Source of the DNA: Eledone cirrhosa
Lineage: Eukaryota
Reading direction: 5' to 3'
Assembly (NCBI GenBank): GCA_964016885.1
Contig: OZ024740.1
Span: 400,706,001-400,770,000 of the forward strand
DNA length: 64,000 bases
The notes under the pieces were generated by a model. It was not told the DNA's origin. It did not search any database and was given only the letters and a program-made list of their open reading frames with translations. A program made the translations under genes and the position numbers. Of this stretch, positions 12,013-25,609 are shown in pieces. Position 1 is the first letter of the stretch. Every line of letters starts with the position of its first letter.

Positions 12013-12871
12013 TTGATGCAAAAACGATACAGTAAAAATATACTAGAACTTTTGTATAAAATTAATCATATCATTCTTGCCATTTTGACCTTACTGCATG
12101 CTTCTCACAATGTCTACTTCCTGGCGTTGTCTGATATGTAAGCACTGAGCCTTTTATCTGTTGGGGATTGAACGAAGGGGTGTATAATGGCACCACTGGA
12201 AATTGAATGTTTCAAACAGCGGAGCCTCTGTTAAAGTTTATTAATAGATAGATTGAGATCCTATACAGGGGTGTCAACTTCTGTTAAACCTCCACTAATA
12301 AGTGGAAACGTACATCCATCCATTTTCTACACAATTTTTGTACACCACATGTTTTTCACTAGCTTTTGCTCAACCCATGGTTGTTGGATGCGTCGTTCAG
12401 TGTTAACGAAGTCGAGTCCATGTAGTTAGTAACGAGCCCCTTTAATATAAATCTATGCTTACGACTTTGTTTTAGTATATATATATCCATCTTATAAACT
12501 AGCCAATGGCTGGTACGTTTTATGGCCGTTTCAATATTATATATTGTTTGCTCTATATCACAAATAGAGAAATATTATGTCCACAAATTAGTTTCTAATG
12601 GAAACACAAATACTTTCATGTATAAAAATACGGAAAAAACGAATCTATTATTTCATCAACATTAACACTAACAACCATGCATGCGTATACTCACACACAT
12701 ACACGTAATAGCTTCACAAAAACACATACACGCACGCACACAAGCACACAGACACACACATATATCTATATCATGATTTTGAAACCAACTCTCTAACCAC
12801 TATGCCACGTAATGTCACACACACACACGCAAAAACACAAATACACACACACACAGACACACACACACACA

Positions 12872-12929
<58 letters not shown>

Positions 12930-14223
12930 GTTGTACAATTTAGTATCCCCCAACTTACGTTTTGAGCTACTAGCGTACCCGGGCCATTTGTCGTACATAT
13001 ACTCGAATTGTTTTGATTAAATACCACAACCCTTATTCTCTGGAAAGTGTTGGCCATTTTAGTTAAGAAAAATCAATGTTGTGGATGATGGAGAGACTAG
13101 AATTGACCAGTGAATAGCATCAGCGTAACGGACAGGTTTCACCCACTATATGTATCAAACTTACAAACATAAATATATATCTTCCCCATACTGACCGTCA
13201 CCTAGTGTAAATAGACCCAGTAAACGGAAGTATATATAAATGTATTTGTAGAAAATAAGACAATAAATAAAACTGAAAGACACAGCATTATTTCTTAACA
13301 CCAGGCAATCAGCGAAAACAAATGTAATTTACTTTGAATTTACGCTGTGTTAATTAGATAGAATAACTAGCTGTCAGACTGTAAAAGCGACAAATGTATT
13401 TTCACTCTAACTGCGTTATTTAGTTGCAAGAATGTGTTAGTTGTATGATATTGTAATGTGTAGTAGACAGGAATGTTTGTGGCTATATATCAAGATTGAC
13501 AGAAAGCAGTCGAGTTCAAAAACTATTTATTTTAGACCAATATTTGCAGTTGTGCAACGCACATATATTCCTACAAACACTCCAACACATTCACATAAAC
13601 ACACCCGTACATACTCAAAACCAGATGCTTACACACACAGAAACACATAAGCCTATATACAGTCATCTATTGCCACACATTATATATGTAGAATATTTAT
13701 TATAACTTATGGCTTTTGTTACTATAGGGCAGTTAAAAGAAAGAAGTGCTGCAAAATACAAACAGTTGCGCTTGCAATAATTTCATGAGCATACGTGGCG
13801 TGAAGCCTAAGATTATCATATAAGCTCAAAGTTAAGTATTACCTTGCTTTTCAAAACTTTTCAAAAGTTTTCAAAGAGTATTTAACACTCAATTGCTGAA
13901 TTTCTATGCTACAATTCTATAATGAACTATATGTGTATTGCTGCCGATTCAATTCTGATACGTTGTAATTTCTAACATATACACAACAGCATGAAATGCA
14001 GAGAAGGGAAGAGTTAATTACACTGACTATAGTGCTTGACTGGCACTTATTTTATTGAAATCGGATAGATGAAATATAAAGTCAACCTATGTGGGCTTTG
14101 CCGACATACTACAATTCTCGACACCTCGTGCAAACAGCTTTAACAGTTAAATCATCAGTAATAATCAACAGGAAAATATATTATTTTCATTATATTTTAT
14201 GGCTTATAAGAGACAGTAACTTT

Positions 14224-14282
<59 letters not shown>

Positions 14283-14536
14283 TTTCTGTATTTTTCTTTA
14301 TGAACCGATATAAACTTCTTTATATCTCGATTTACAACTGACAAAAGGAATGCCCACACGTGGCGGATATGCTCAAAGGGAATATTTTACGTCTTTATTT
14401 CTATTTTTCGACGAAAGTAATTAAGTTAAACCATAAGGCTTCTAAATAACATACATGTATACTTAAATTCATACATATATAGTGTAATACAATATATCTC
14501 GGTTGATAAGTAAATTATATATTTATCTATGAATAT

Positions 14537-14579
<43 letters not shown>

Positions 14580-14653
14580 TACATACATAACACATACTTA
14601 CATGCATACATATTTATATACATACAAAGATATTTACACACATACATACTTAC

Positions 14654-14654
<1 letters not shown>

Positions 14655-14684
<30 letters not shown>

Positions 14685-14722
14685 CATACATACATACATA
14701 CATACATACATACATACATACA

Positions 14723-14752
<30 letters not shown>
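14655..14752. repeat. (ACAT)n microsatellite
   Basis: Directly visible. Confidence 0.95.
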
Positions 14753-14754
<2 letters not shown>

Positions 14755-17700
14755 ACTAATATGCTTGACAGCAAGAAACTATATTATAACTATGTTCTTT
14801 TTCATTTGCTAATTTGCACATTATTATTCTTATTTCACTTCCTTTCTTTTCACCAGAACTAAAAGGCAGATTGAGAAAACATTAGAATCCTTATATTCCC
14901 TTGGCATTTGCTTTATATTTGATTCAATTCTGACGCTAGCATATATTTCTTTACTATTTTGTTTTATGTTCTCAAATACTTGATAATATGTGTTTGACAA
15001 AGCCTAAAATAGGAACATTTAATATTTATTTATTTATTTCAGGCCGTCCACATGTGAGCTAGGATTCAAGGCCAATATTAATGAGCCCATGAAAGAAGTC
15101 AACATCTTTTCTTGGTGTTATTGTTGTTGTTAAAGTTTTGTTTTCAAATAGACTTTACTTCAATTTCCTATGCTGTCACCAGACAGTGTGTAAACGAGCA
15201 ACTTCAATGTTAGGCCACTTTTATACATCATTGTACATCCATATTTCTTTGTATACATGTTATCATATGGTAGGTGTAACTCTATCGACTAGAGAGGTAT
15301 TATATTTGATCAACAAAAGATTAAATAAATGAGTTGTACTAACATTTGCAAAATATTAATCGTGTGCTTAAATCCCAGTTTACTCTAGGGAACTATAAAG
15401 TACATATGCGAGTAATTTAAGATTTCTTTGATAACCTAAATACAGATTGTGAAACAGCATAGCGGGAAAGTTTCACTACTTTCAAAACAAAAATAAAAAG
15501 TAAATGAATATATAAATAAATAACTAAAAAATAACTAAATAAATAACTTCCATTTTTATGGTTTCTTGTGGTTGTAAAGAATTTAAATCTACAGCTTCCT
15601 ATTTGAAAGGAAACAAAAATAAAGAAAATAAAAAAAAAATTTTTTTCATTTAAATTTTATTTTTAACATATATTTCCCGTTACCTCAAATGTAATACATC
15701 AAACATGTGGTACATTGTAAGTAAATCCGACATTAACAAACTTATATTTACTGATGTACAGCTTAAAGTTTTCTGTTTCAAATCTCTTTCATTCATCAAC
15801 AAATTATAGAACTCTATAAGTTTTTGTTTTTTCATTGAATTGTAGAGGCTTTGAAATATTATTCAGTTTCAGCACAGTTTCCAACTCTACTTAGCGTTTA
15901 CAAACAAATTTCCATTTGGTTTTCTAACCTTACATTGACAAAAGATGTTTGCTACACTAAGGGTGTTTATATTTGTGGCCAACTGATTTTCTCATTTTAA
16001 GAAAAATGTAGATAGAGATGGTTATATTTGTTGCACCTATATTTTTCAACTTTGATCTCAGTTCAAATTCTTACACACCTCAGCATACGAAAGTCTCGTA
16101 ATCATCAACAGGTCATTGGATCATGACAAAATATTATTTGTTCCCAGATTTCTTATGTTTACAATATTTGAAAGACATGACTCATTGAACATGGTCAGAG
16201 ACGACAGACAGGAGAAATATTTGAAATGCCAATACTCAAGCAGGAATGGAACATGGGAAGATTTCATTCATCAGGAGCATATTCATGTTTATTTCTAGAA
16301 GTATTTCTGGTGACTGGCACGATGTTTTTACGTTTTTGCGCGTTGATTTCGGATTTCATTAGTGCTAAAATATTGTGTCATTGAGGGAATTACTCAATAA
16401 TTTTCTCTTCTTTGGATTTAGCACTCTAAACTATATCTAATGAATATTTTTATCATCATCAACATTACTTGTATATCACTTAGTCTGAAGAATATTGTAT
16501 AATCATTTTGCTATATTTGCAGTGGCACTACAATATTATAATGCTAATACCGACTGAAACAGAAGCTATGTAAATACTCCTTAATGCCTTTGCTGACTGC
16601 AATGGTTCATTGTATGTACAATGTTAGTTATTGACAGTTGGGTAGATTGAATAGGTAATCATGTGCTTTGGGCATAATGGATGTGCACTAACGCAATGAG
16701 TATTCTTCTATAATTGAACCCATTACTTATTGCCGCAGTCAGTGGGGTACACAATGCATCGGTTTAGTTTTCAGGAACAACAAGATTCCTCTACTTTACT
16801 TACATCATGCGATCTTCATACCTTTCTCCATTGTATTAAATGTGTTTTACTGTGGATACCGTCAGTCACCATTATAGTTGAGCTTACCTCTGGTTTTTCT
16901 GAGTTTGTCTATGATATAAGATATATTAATTCTTATCAATGGCACAGACCACAGATTGGGTGTTGAATAGATCATTCCTATCCTCGACCCGTATACTAGA
17001 GCAATATTCATTTAATTAACCCTGGAACATCGCCGATGTTATTTGAAATCGGGACGTAACTATGCCACAACCTATATAGATGTACGATATAATATTTTTG
17101 TTCTTAAAAGTTACTGAAGTCTTATGACAAACTAAACACGTACTAGACAAACATACTTCCAGTTATATTTTTACTGCTGTTATAAAGGATATTAAGTAGG
17201 AAAACAACGCATTCTTCTTTGCAAGGTATCAAATTAATTCTATAGCTTGATTAAGTTACTTGCCTATATTAACATATGTATACATTTGTCTTATAAGTAT
17301 GTATATATGTGAAGCCAATTTTTACTTATAAATATAAAGCAATGAGTAGAGTCAAGTATATTTCATATAACAAATTACTTAGCCATTTCGTATAATGTAT
17401 TTACACATCAATTCCTCTTCTCACTAGCTAAATTATACCCTACAGACTGTCTGTTAGTCGCTGAACAGTTAATTAGACGTAACAAATCCGCGTAGTTCGT
17501 CACTAGATTAATTATGCAAACAGGATATGCAGTAACGCTTTCTGGCGTTATAATAGTTGTAAAGGCAATTCGCTAATGGTTAAAGCAATGTTGACTAGGA
17601 ATTAGATTAACAAGATAATTAGCAATGAGTAGGCAGTAAACACCTCGACAGGTTTGCACTTGTTGTAGTAATAAGAAAACTAAACACATTTAATCACATA

Positions 17701-18309
17701 ATGTTTGAATGCTGCAGTGGGGTGGTGAAAGAATTATTTAGGATTCGATAATTCATAACCCATCACAAGCGCTGCATTGATCCCTGCCAAATAATTGACC
17801 ATAACCCTCGCTCTAAACAAGTACAGGAAGCCGGAGATCAGTATGATTATACATCTAATTTGTTGGTTAGTAATCATCGTTTCAGATCCTGAATATGGCA
17901 CTTCACTGGGGAAGGTGGATGTCTTGAACATCCAATTGGAACCCCAAAGCATGATTACTGATTTTTGTTTAGCTCCAGATAAATCTTGGTAACACTTTTT
18001 CTAATCCTATATAAGGCCTTTTCCATCTACGAATTCATTATCTCACGTGATTCTCTTATTTCACGATGAATAAAATAATTTCAGGCAGACTTGAATGCGA
18101 TTTCTAATCAGTTATATTATCGTATAGAGGCAGTGTTGATGCTAGTTGATATAGTCAATGATATGGAGTGACGAGGAGACGAAAACACACAAAAAAACAA
18201 AAAAACAAAAAACAAAACAAAAAACAAACAAACTTACATACATAAAAATATTAAACAGCGAAAGAATGAAAGGAATGAAATATTTATAGATATGTAAATA
18301 ACTATAATA

Positions 18310-18450
18310 GGCAGCGAATTGACAGTCGTTAGAACGTCGGATAGAATGCTTATGGTATTCGTTTCGGCTCTCTCCTTTCCGAGTTCAAAATCCCGCTGAG
18401 TTCAACTTTCGAGGTCGATAAAAAAGTACCAGTATATTACTGGGGTCGAT
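18310..18450 (+). mobile_element. degenerate tRNA-derived SINE
   Basis: GAGTTCAAAATCCCGC and GAGGTCGATAAAAAAGTACCAG remnants. Confidence 0.6.
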
Positions 18451-19589
18451 TCTTCCTCTATAATTCTTTTTTCATTTCCCCTCTCTTACTCTCTATCTTT
18501 CGCTGGAAGAAATTTGCTGTACTCAAGCCTGGAGATGATCGGCTCTGCCAGGCTTAAAATTCCCAAGAAACGCCGTATGTCAATACAGTGCCTGTACAAC
18601 ATTATCAGAAATTACGGGGCCATACCAACCTACATACATACAAATGACTATAAGTATAGATAGGAGGAAGAATGAATGTCAACAAATGAGCCAATATTTC
18701 CAAATGCAAATATTTCACTAAAGAGCTCATGGTTTGAAAAGATCCTATCTTCAGGGATTTTGAAAGAACGTTTAAAATTACAACTAGAATGAATCAATCC
18801 TAAGGACTAGAATGGTATTACTGTCCATATGTCGTTTGTATGCGTGTGTGTGCATGTAGACAATAATTGTGTTGGTAATAAGTTGTTAGAAATATTAGTG
18901 ACTAAAGTTCTAATTGTAATCATAAGATAATTTAAAGAACTCTGATTAATAACGTGATACATATGCACCTTGATAAAACCACATAAGAATAGATTTTACG
19001 CTGGTCGATTCTAGAAATGTAGACTTTTCATTTTATACTACACAACTGAGTAGTAATTCCTACAACTGGTGGATGGTACTTCCATATTTTTCAGTAACAC
19101 AACTCAAAAGATATCAGGAAGTGCAAATCTATCTGGTCAGCTAGTTTGGCTAAAATTGGACAAAGATATAAGACTATTTGGTATGGTATATGTCTCCATC
19201 TTCCCTGCAGATAACACGCTTTAGACAGAACTTCATGAGTGATTACTTTCTGCATGAATATTTTTTTTTATTTTATTTTACATTGTTTATGGTTTCAAGA
19301 TGAAAGATCTGCCTTCTCTCTCTCATGAAGGGATTCTTTTCTCTTGGAGATAAATAAATTCATTGCTGCCAGCTAACGAAACGCACATCAGTTTGCGTTG
19401 CTGCCAACGCCGATGCTAGTTTATGTTTTCGATAGGAAAACGCGCAGTTATGCCGAGGTCACACTGAATATTTTTCAGATAAGTTAATTCACTTCCAATG
19501 GACACAAAGGAACCAGGGCAGATATACAAATAAGCATAAACAGACACACAGACATACACACCCGTAATCTCTCACCCTTTCTCTTTCCT

Positions 19590-19643
<54 letters not shown>

Positions 19644-19979
19644 ATATATATATATATATATATAGAGAGAGAGTAATACATATATATATATATCTCGTAT
19701 ATATGTATTACTTGTCAAATTATAAACAACTAGACCTATAAGGTGGATAAGGTGTTAATGTCTTTATTATTAGCCAAGGTCAAGCATAATCGAGCATGCG
19801 TATGATGAAACACTTTAGAGCAATGACTAGATTATATATTTTCCTTTCTAAAGAGGGGATACACTTTAATAAGAGATTGAATGGCGGTGCGCACAGTAAT
19901 CTTTTACGTCTCCGCATAAATAAATAGAGAAATATAGAAAGATAAATGAATACATAAATAGACACGCATACACACACAC

Positions 19980-20019
<40 letters not shown>

Positions 20020-20163
20020 TTAGAGAGAGAGAGAAAGAGGGAGGGAGATAGATGAGATTAGTCTATTTGTAACTGTTTCGTGTCTACCACAGATCACGTA
20101 ATTTTACTTCTGTATTGAGGGATTCTCATCTTTTGTTTGTAAAGTTAAATCTTCAGGCACTTT

Positions 20164-20205
<42 letters not shown>

Positions 20206-21375
20206 GCACACATTCGGTTGCTCACAAGCACACATACTCATATAAACACGCAACCGCACATATATATATATATATATATACATATTGCTTCCGCCGAAAA
20301 TATATATATATATGTTTGTGTGTGTGTGTTTGTGTGTGTGTGCGTGCGTGTATATTTAATATTAGGCTATCACATTATTTAACAGTTTATCCCCAACCCC
20401 ACCCCTCACACTCATCTATAACAAACATGTGATGATGATATTACGGCTCTACTTCATGATCGCCCCACCCAGCACCAACACCAATTTATGAGATGCAACC
20501 AATGAGAAGACTTTGCCAGCAGTTGGACGAAAGATCAATTGCAGAATACTATCAATATATGATAGCCATAAAAATCTATCTGTACCTAAGTTGGAAATAA
20601 GATGGTTTTGAAATTGAAAATAGGCAATAATGGAACCGGGCTGAGAGCCATCAGTGGCCATGAACAATTTATTTCAGAGCAGCAAAAAAAAAAAAATTAC
20701 AATAAGAAAACCGAAAGAAATTGAATGGTTTGTCTGGACATTGGCCAAGAGAAGCGTTTTTCTGTTAAGAATACGAATTAGCATTTTTCTCACGTGTCTG
20801 TTTTGAACGCCTGTGAAAACATTTCGAAACGTACGTCCTAAGAAACTAGCTGTTTGCAAGTAGATTGGATATGAACGATTATTATTTCCGTGACTATGAA
20901 AGCAATATACAACGAACAGTATACATTACGCTTTCTATTTTTACTGGCTGAAGGAAAGATTAAGAGGCATCGAAACATAAGCGACAACAGAGAAATGCAA
21001 TTAACGTAATTGATTGACAATAGTTTGTGGGGTTTAAATGATTATTTTAAAATATTCTGTGCGTTCAATTTTATGGTATTATGTGTATCCTGGGGAGTAT
21101 GAAATTTTAAATAGCTATATTTATACAATACCGACTCCTCCCATCTTTTATCATCTGAATAAGTGTATCTCTTGACAAACATGCACGCACAATCATATAT
21201 ATCACATACATACATACGCACACACGCACACACATACATACACCTACACACACACACATACACTGTATATATATTATTTTATATTATATTGCTGATAACG
21301 ATACGTTGATACTCAGGTGAAACCCCAGAGTAACAAGACTCACTATTTAGACTTATATATATATATATATATATA

Positions 21376-22280
21376 TAAATTGAAACAAAATGAAAACGAA
21401 ATTTCATTTCTCACTCTTAGTATGGCACTTACTTAAATGTAAGTATGCATGTATACGTACATACATATATGTATACAGACGTACAGTAGCATGCACATAT
21501 ATATATATATATACATATATACATACATATGCATACAAGCTTGAAACTAGTACATCGTTCCTGTGTCAGTGTTGAACAAAAAGGTGACGTGGTTGCCTTA
21601 ACACCGTATGGCATAAATTCAGGCTGTTCAGTTTGTTTACAAACGAACAAAGCGACGTTATAATAAGCGCCGCTAAACTGATACGTGCATATATGTATGT
21701 GTACCTGTATGCATATGTATGTATATATGTATATATATATATATATGTGCATGCTACTGTACGTCTGTATACATATATGTATGTACGTATACATGCATAC
21801 TTACATTTAAGTAAGTGCCATACTAAGAGTGAGAAATGAAATTTCGTTTTCATTTTGTTTCAATTTATCGTTTTCGGTACGCCTGACCGATTTAACTCAC
21901 TCAATATGCAAGTTAGGCTGCTCAGCCGTTAATTTTCATAAGGAAAGTATATACTTTCGAACGTTCAACTATCTGGCAGATGGGTAAACGGTGCTGATGA
22001 TAGCTAACAAGCTTGAAACTAGTACATCGTTCCTGTGTCAGTGTTGAACAAAAAGGTGACGTGGTTGCCTTAACACCGTATGGCATAAATTCAGGCTGTT
22101 CAGTTTGTTTACAAACGAACAAAGCGACGTTATAATAAGCGCCGCTAAACTGATACGTGCATACATGTATGTGTACCTGTATGCATATGTATGTATATAT
22201 GTATATATATATATATATGTGCATGCTACTGTACGTCTGTATACATATATGTATGTACGTATACATGCATACTTACATTT
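21376..22280 (+). mobile_element. hammerhead retrozyme-like element, 472-nt unit: inverted arm (21376-21537) plus ~1.6 tandem units
   Basis: AAGCTTGAAACTAGTACATCG at 21537 and 22009. The left arm is the reverse complement of ~21707-21867. (TA)n flanks. Second copy at 46822-47733. Confidence 0.85.
21987..22031 (+). ncRNA. minimal type I hammerhead ribozyme (PLE type)
   Basis: AACGGUG-CUGAUGA-U-AGCU(AACA)AGCU-U-GAAAC-UA-GUA-CAUCGUU; very short stem III with palindromic ACUAGU. Confidence 0.85.
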
Positions 22281-22384
22281 ATATATATATATATTAAAGG
22301 AATGATCGACTTTCGTCAAATCGGACCGAGGAAACAATGTTTTCATTGGTCTTTCCAGTTGCTAATACTATCTATCGGTCGCAA

Positions 22385-22460
22385 CACATCACCCGGTCCG
22401 AGTATTGAACTCACAACCTTTCGATTGCAAGCCCAATGCTTTAACCACTAAGCCATTAAC
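22385..22460 (-). mobile_element. tRNA head of a second SINE family
   Basis: Minus strand TGGCTTAGTGGTTAAAGCATTGGGCTTGCAATCGAAAGGTTGTGAGTTCAATACTC (A and B boxes). Confidence 0.7.
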
Positions 22461-22507
22461 CACTTTAACCACATATATATATATTTAGACTTATACATAT
22501 ATATTTA

Positions 22508-22697
<190 letters not shown>

Positions 22698-22720
22698 AAT
22701 ATACATATATAAATATATAT

Positions 22721-23662
22721 ATCTTCATCAGGCAGTAACGGTCCACAGAATCAAAGGCCTTCCTAAAGTCAATGAAAACCATGACCGCAGGAAGGCACTT
22801 TGCTCTAGCTCCCTCTAATATCCTCCTCAACATCAGGATGTGACTGGTGGTTCATCTACCCCCTCTGAAGCCGTTCTGGTTGTCCCTGAGCTTCTTCTCC
22901 ATCTCAGGCTGGATCCTGTTAAGAATCATCCTGTTGAGGGTCTTTGCCACAAGTGACGTCAGTGAGATCCTCCTGTAGTTGTTGGTGTTAGAGAGATCTC
23001 CCTTCTTTGGCACTGGGACGATGTTACTGATACTCCACTGAGTCGGGGCAACTCCTCTCTCCAGTGCCCCGTTACAGAACCCCAGGATGATATCAAAATC
23101 ACACCCCTTCATCACCTCTGATCCCACTCCATCTTCTCCATGAGCCTTGCCCTCCTTGATCCTCTTCTTGGCACTCTGAAGCTCCTCTCTGGTGAAGTGC
23201 TCTGTTTCAACATCCAGTTCCTCAAACAGCCGCCTGATCTCCCCAGTGCTCTGGGCTGTGGAGGGTGGCTCTCCTAGTAGGGTCCTAAAATGGTCTAGAT
23301 ATTTCCTCTTCCTATCCTAGGGCCCCGTTCCCTGGATCTGAATCGAACACCTTCTCTTCCTCCCTGTGATCTCGTTGATGATCATCCAGCTCTCCTTACA
23401 TCCAGATCTGTCAACCGCTCTCTTCACACTTCTGATCTTCTCTATCAGTGCCTCCTCTCTGACCTCAGTGTAAGCGGTACAGAGTTCTTCCCTCATCACC
23501 TCCACAGTCTCCATCCTCTCCTCCGTAGGATCAGCATAGAATTGGTCCTTGGCAGCTTTCAGGTGTTCTCTGGCTGCACACAATTTGGGGTTTGCAGAGC
23601 TGACGTGCTTCCCTTTGTTCTTTTTCCTCGGCACCAGGGTTTCACTTGCTTCCGCCACTGCC
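22721..23662 (-). pseudogene. RTE-clade LINE ORF, inverted 5' segment (linker to N-terminal RT)
   Basis: [45 protein letters not shown]; contains stops. Confidence 0.9.
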
Positions 23663-24320
23663 TGATGAAGATCTTATAGGCTTATGGAATCCCCAAGAAG
23701 ATAGTGGACCTGATATCACTGCTCTACACCAACACCAAAGCCCAAGTCATTACACCTTTGAGATACTGGCTGGAGTGCTCTAGGGAGATACATTGGCTCC
23801 CTACCTTTTTATCATCGTAGTGGACTATTGTATGTGCCTTGCACTGGAGAAACACCAGGACTCTGGCTTTACTGTGGCACGGGCTCAGAGCAGGAGAGTT
23901 AGGGCGAAAAAGGTATCGGATGCTGAATTTGCCGACGACATAGTTTTGGTGACAAATACAGTGAAGGAGGCAGAGGAATTGATGCGGGAGGTTGAGACTG
24001 TGTCAATGAGTGTGGGGCTGAGAATGAATGAGACTAAAACAAAATATCTGGTAGAGAATGTTGAGAAGCCAGAGGGGATCACTAATGTAAGCGGGAAGCC
24101 GCTAGAATTGGTTGAGGGCTTCCTGTATTTGGGAGCAAAGATTGGGAATATGGAAGATGATGTGGTTGAGAGGAAGAGCAAGGCCTGGGCGGCGTGCCAC
24201 AGCTTGAGATCGGTGTGGAAGTCGGACCTTCGTAGAGACCTGAAAATCCGCCTCTTCATTGCTGTAGTGGAGTCTGTGCTGCTGTATGGGTCTGAGACTT
24301 GGACACTGACCAAGAAACTA
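23657..24320 (+). pseudogene. RTE-clade LINE ORF, non-inverted segment (C-terminal RT)
   Basis: Resumes at CLMKI; GVL*GDTLAPYLF, FADD, FLYLG, VESVLLYGSETW. Confidence 0.9.
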
Positions 24321-24399
24321 GGGAATTTTACCTGCCTTAGAATTAGAATAGAATATTCACAGAAGTCGTGCTGTTTTAGCCATAAGATAACGCCATCCC

Positions 24400-24526
24400 A
24401 CTGGCTGGGCGGGCAGACCGGTACTCATTTCTACAGTTGAGTAAACTGGAGCAACGCCAAATAAAGCTCAAGGAAAAAACACATCACCCGATCCGAGAAT
24501 CGAACTCACAACCTTTCGATTGCAAG

Positions 24527-24527
<1 letters not shown>
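24400..24527 (-). mobile_element. SINE fragment (same family as 22385-22460)
   Basis: Minus strand B box GAGTTCGATTCTC followed by CCTTGAGC...GTTGCTCCAGTTTACTCAACTG..AAATGAGTACC. Confidence 0.65.
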
Positions 24528-24586
<59 letters not shown>

Positions 24587-24771
24587 TTATTGTTTGACCC
24601 GAATTACTCGGTCGTTTGTTTTGGCTGTGCGGATGATCTGTTGAACCACCATCTCAGTGTTTGGCCCTTAACGTATGATGTAGCTCTGATTCACATGAAT
24701 CATCGACCGCTTGCCACACATATCGGACGTTGATTTTCGTTAATTCCTGAGCTGAAATACGATTCTTGCTA

Positions 24772-24805
<34 letters not shown>

Positions 24806-24810
<5 letters not shown>

Positions 24811-24993
24811 AACCAGTAAGACCCCGACAGCTGAGCTCAAGCCGTTTCGACGGCTAATTCTAGAATTAGCCGTCGAAACGGCTTGAGCTCAGCTGTCGGG
24901 GTCTTACTGGTTCCTATTACCCACTCTACTACCTCAAGTATTGAGTACTTTGGTGCGTTATGGTCCACCTGGTTTCTTACCACGTTTCCTTCG

Positions 24994-24997
<4 letters not shown>
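24806..24997 (+). mobile_element. PLE-like non-coding element starting with a perfect ~112-bp palindrome
   Basis: Palindrome 24806-24917 centred at 24861/24862. 3' hammerhead half GAAACGGC-UUGAGCUCA-GCUGUC-GGGGUC, bulged hairpin at 24923-24946. Family copies at 32261-32472, 49944-50082 and 55220-55283. Confidence 0.8.
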
Positions 24998-25048
<51 letters not shown>

Positions 25049-25306
25049 GCAAACATGATTATTATTGTTATTCTTGTTTTATATATATATATATATTTCG
25101 TTTCTGAATTTGTTTAGCAAGATTCTTTATCTGAAAACGTGTGTTGAAACCGATATTGTTATACTTTGGGAGGGTCATGTTGCCAATAAGAAACACACGC
25201 ACCAGTTGCTTTCACTTCAATTTATTATAATAAATTTATAAATTTAGGAATTTATAAATTTCCGGTTGGTTGGTTGGTTCCACAACCAGATGGTTGTTTA
25301 TATATT

Positions 25307-25349
25307 GTCAAAGTTCTTTCGTCACACATTCTGTGACCTCTTCAGTGAC
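25307..25349 (-). ncRNA. minimal hammerhead ribozyme in the PLE pLTR
   Basis: Minus strand GUCA-CUGAAGA-G-GUCACA(GAAUG)UGUGAC-GAAAG-AA-CUU-UGAC. Confidence 0.75.
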
Positions 25350-25609
25350 TGGGGATTCTTTTCTTTGTTTTTGTGCCTCTCCTTTGTTCTGTCCTACGCC
25401 ATTTTGTTTCTGTGTGTGTGTTGTGTGCTCAGTCTGCGCATGCGCCACATCCCGGTGTCTGTGTGTGTTTATATTCGTTTATGTATTTGTTTATTTACAT
25501 GTTACAGGTTGGTTGTTTGTTCTACGTGCGTGTGTGTTTTCATTTTGTCCTTAATTGTAAGTTGTGCTGTTGCTGTTCCACTCATGTTTTCTATTTAATC
25601 CATTTTCTA

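Noticed and set aside
20440-21020. Unique sequence with CCAAT boxes as a promoter
   Set aside because: Short motifs expected by chance; no linked gene.
23662-23672. CTGATGA as a hammerhead core (also at 6534 and 46648)
   Set aside because: Within TE coding sequence or lacking GAAA and the flanking helices.
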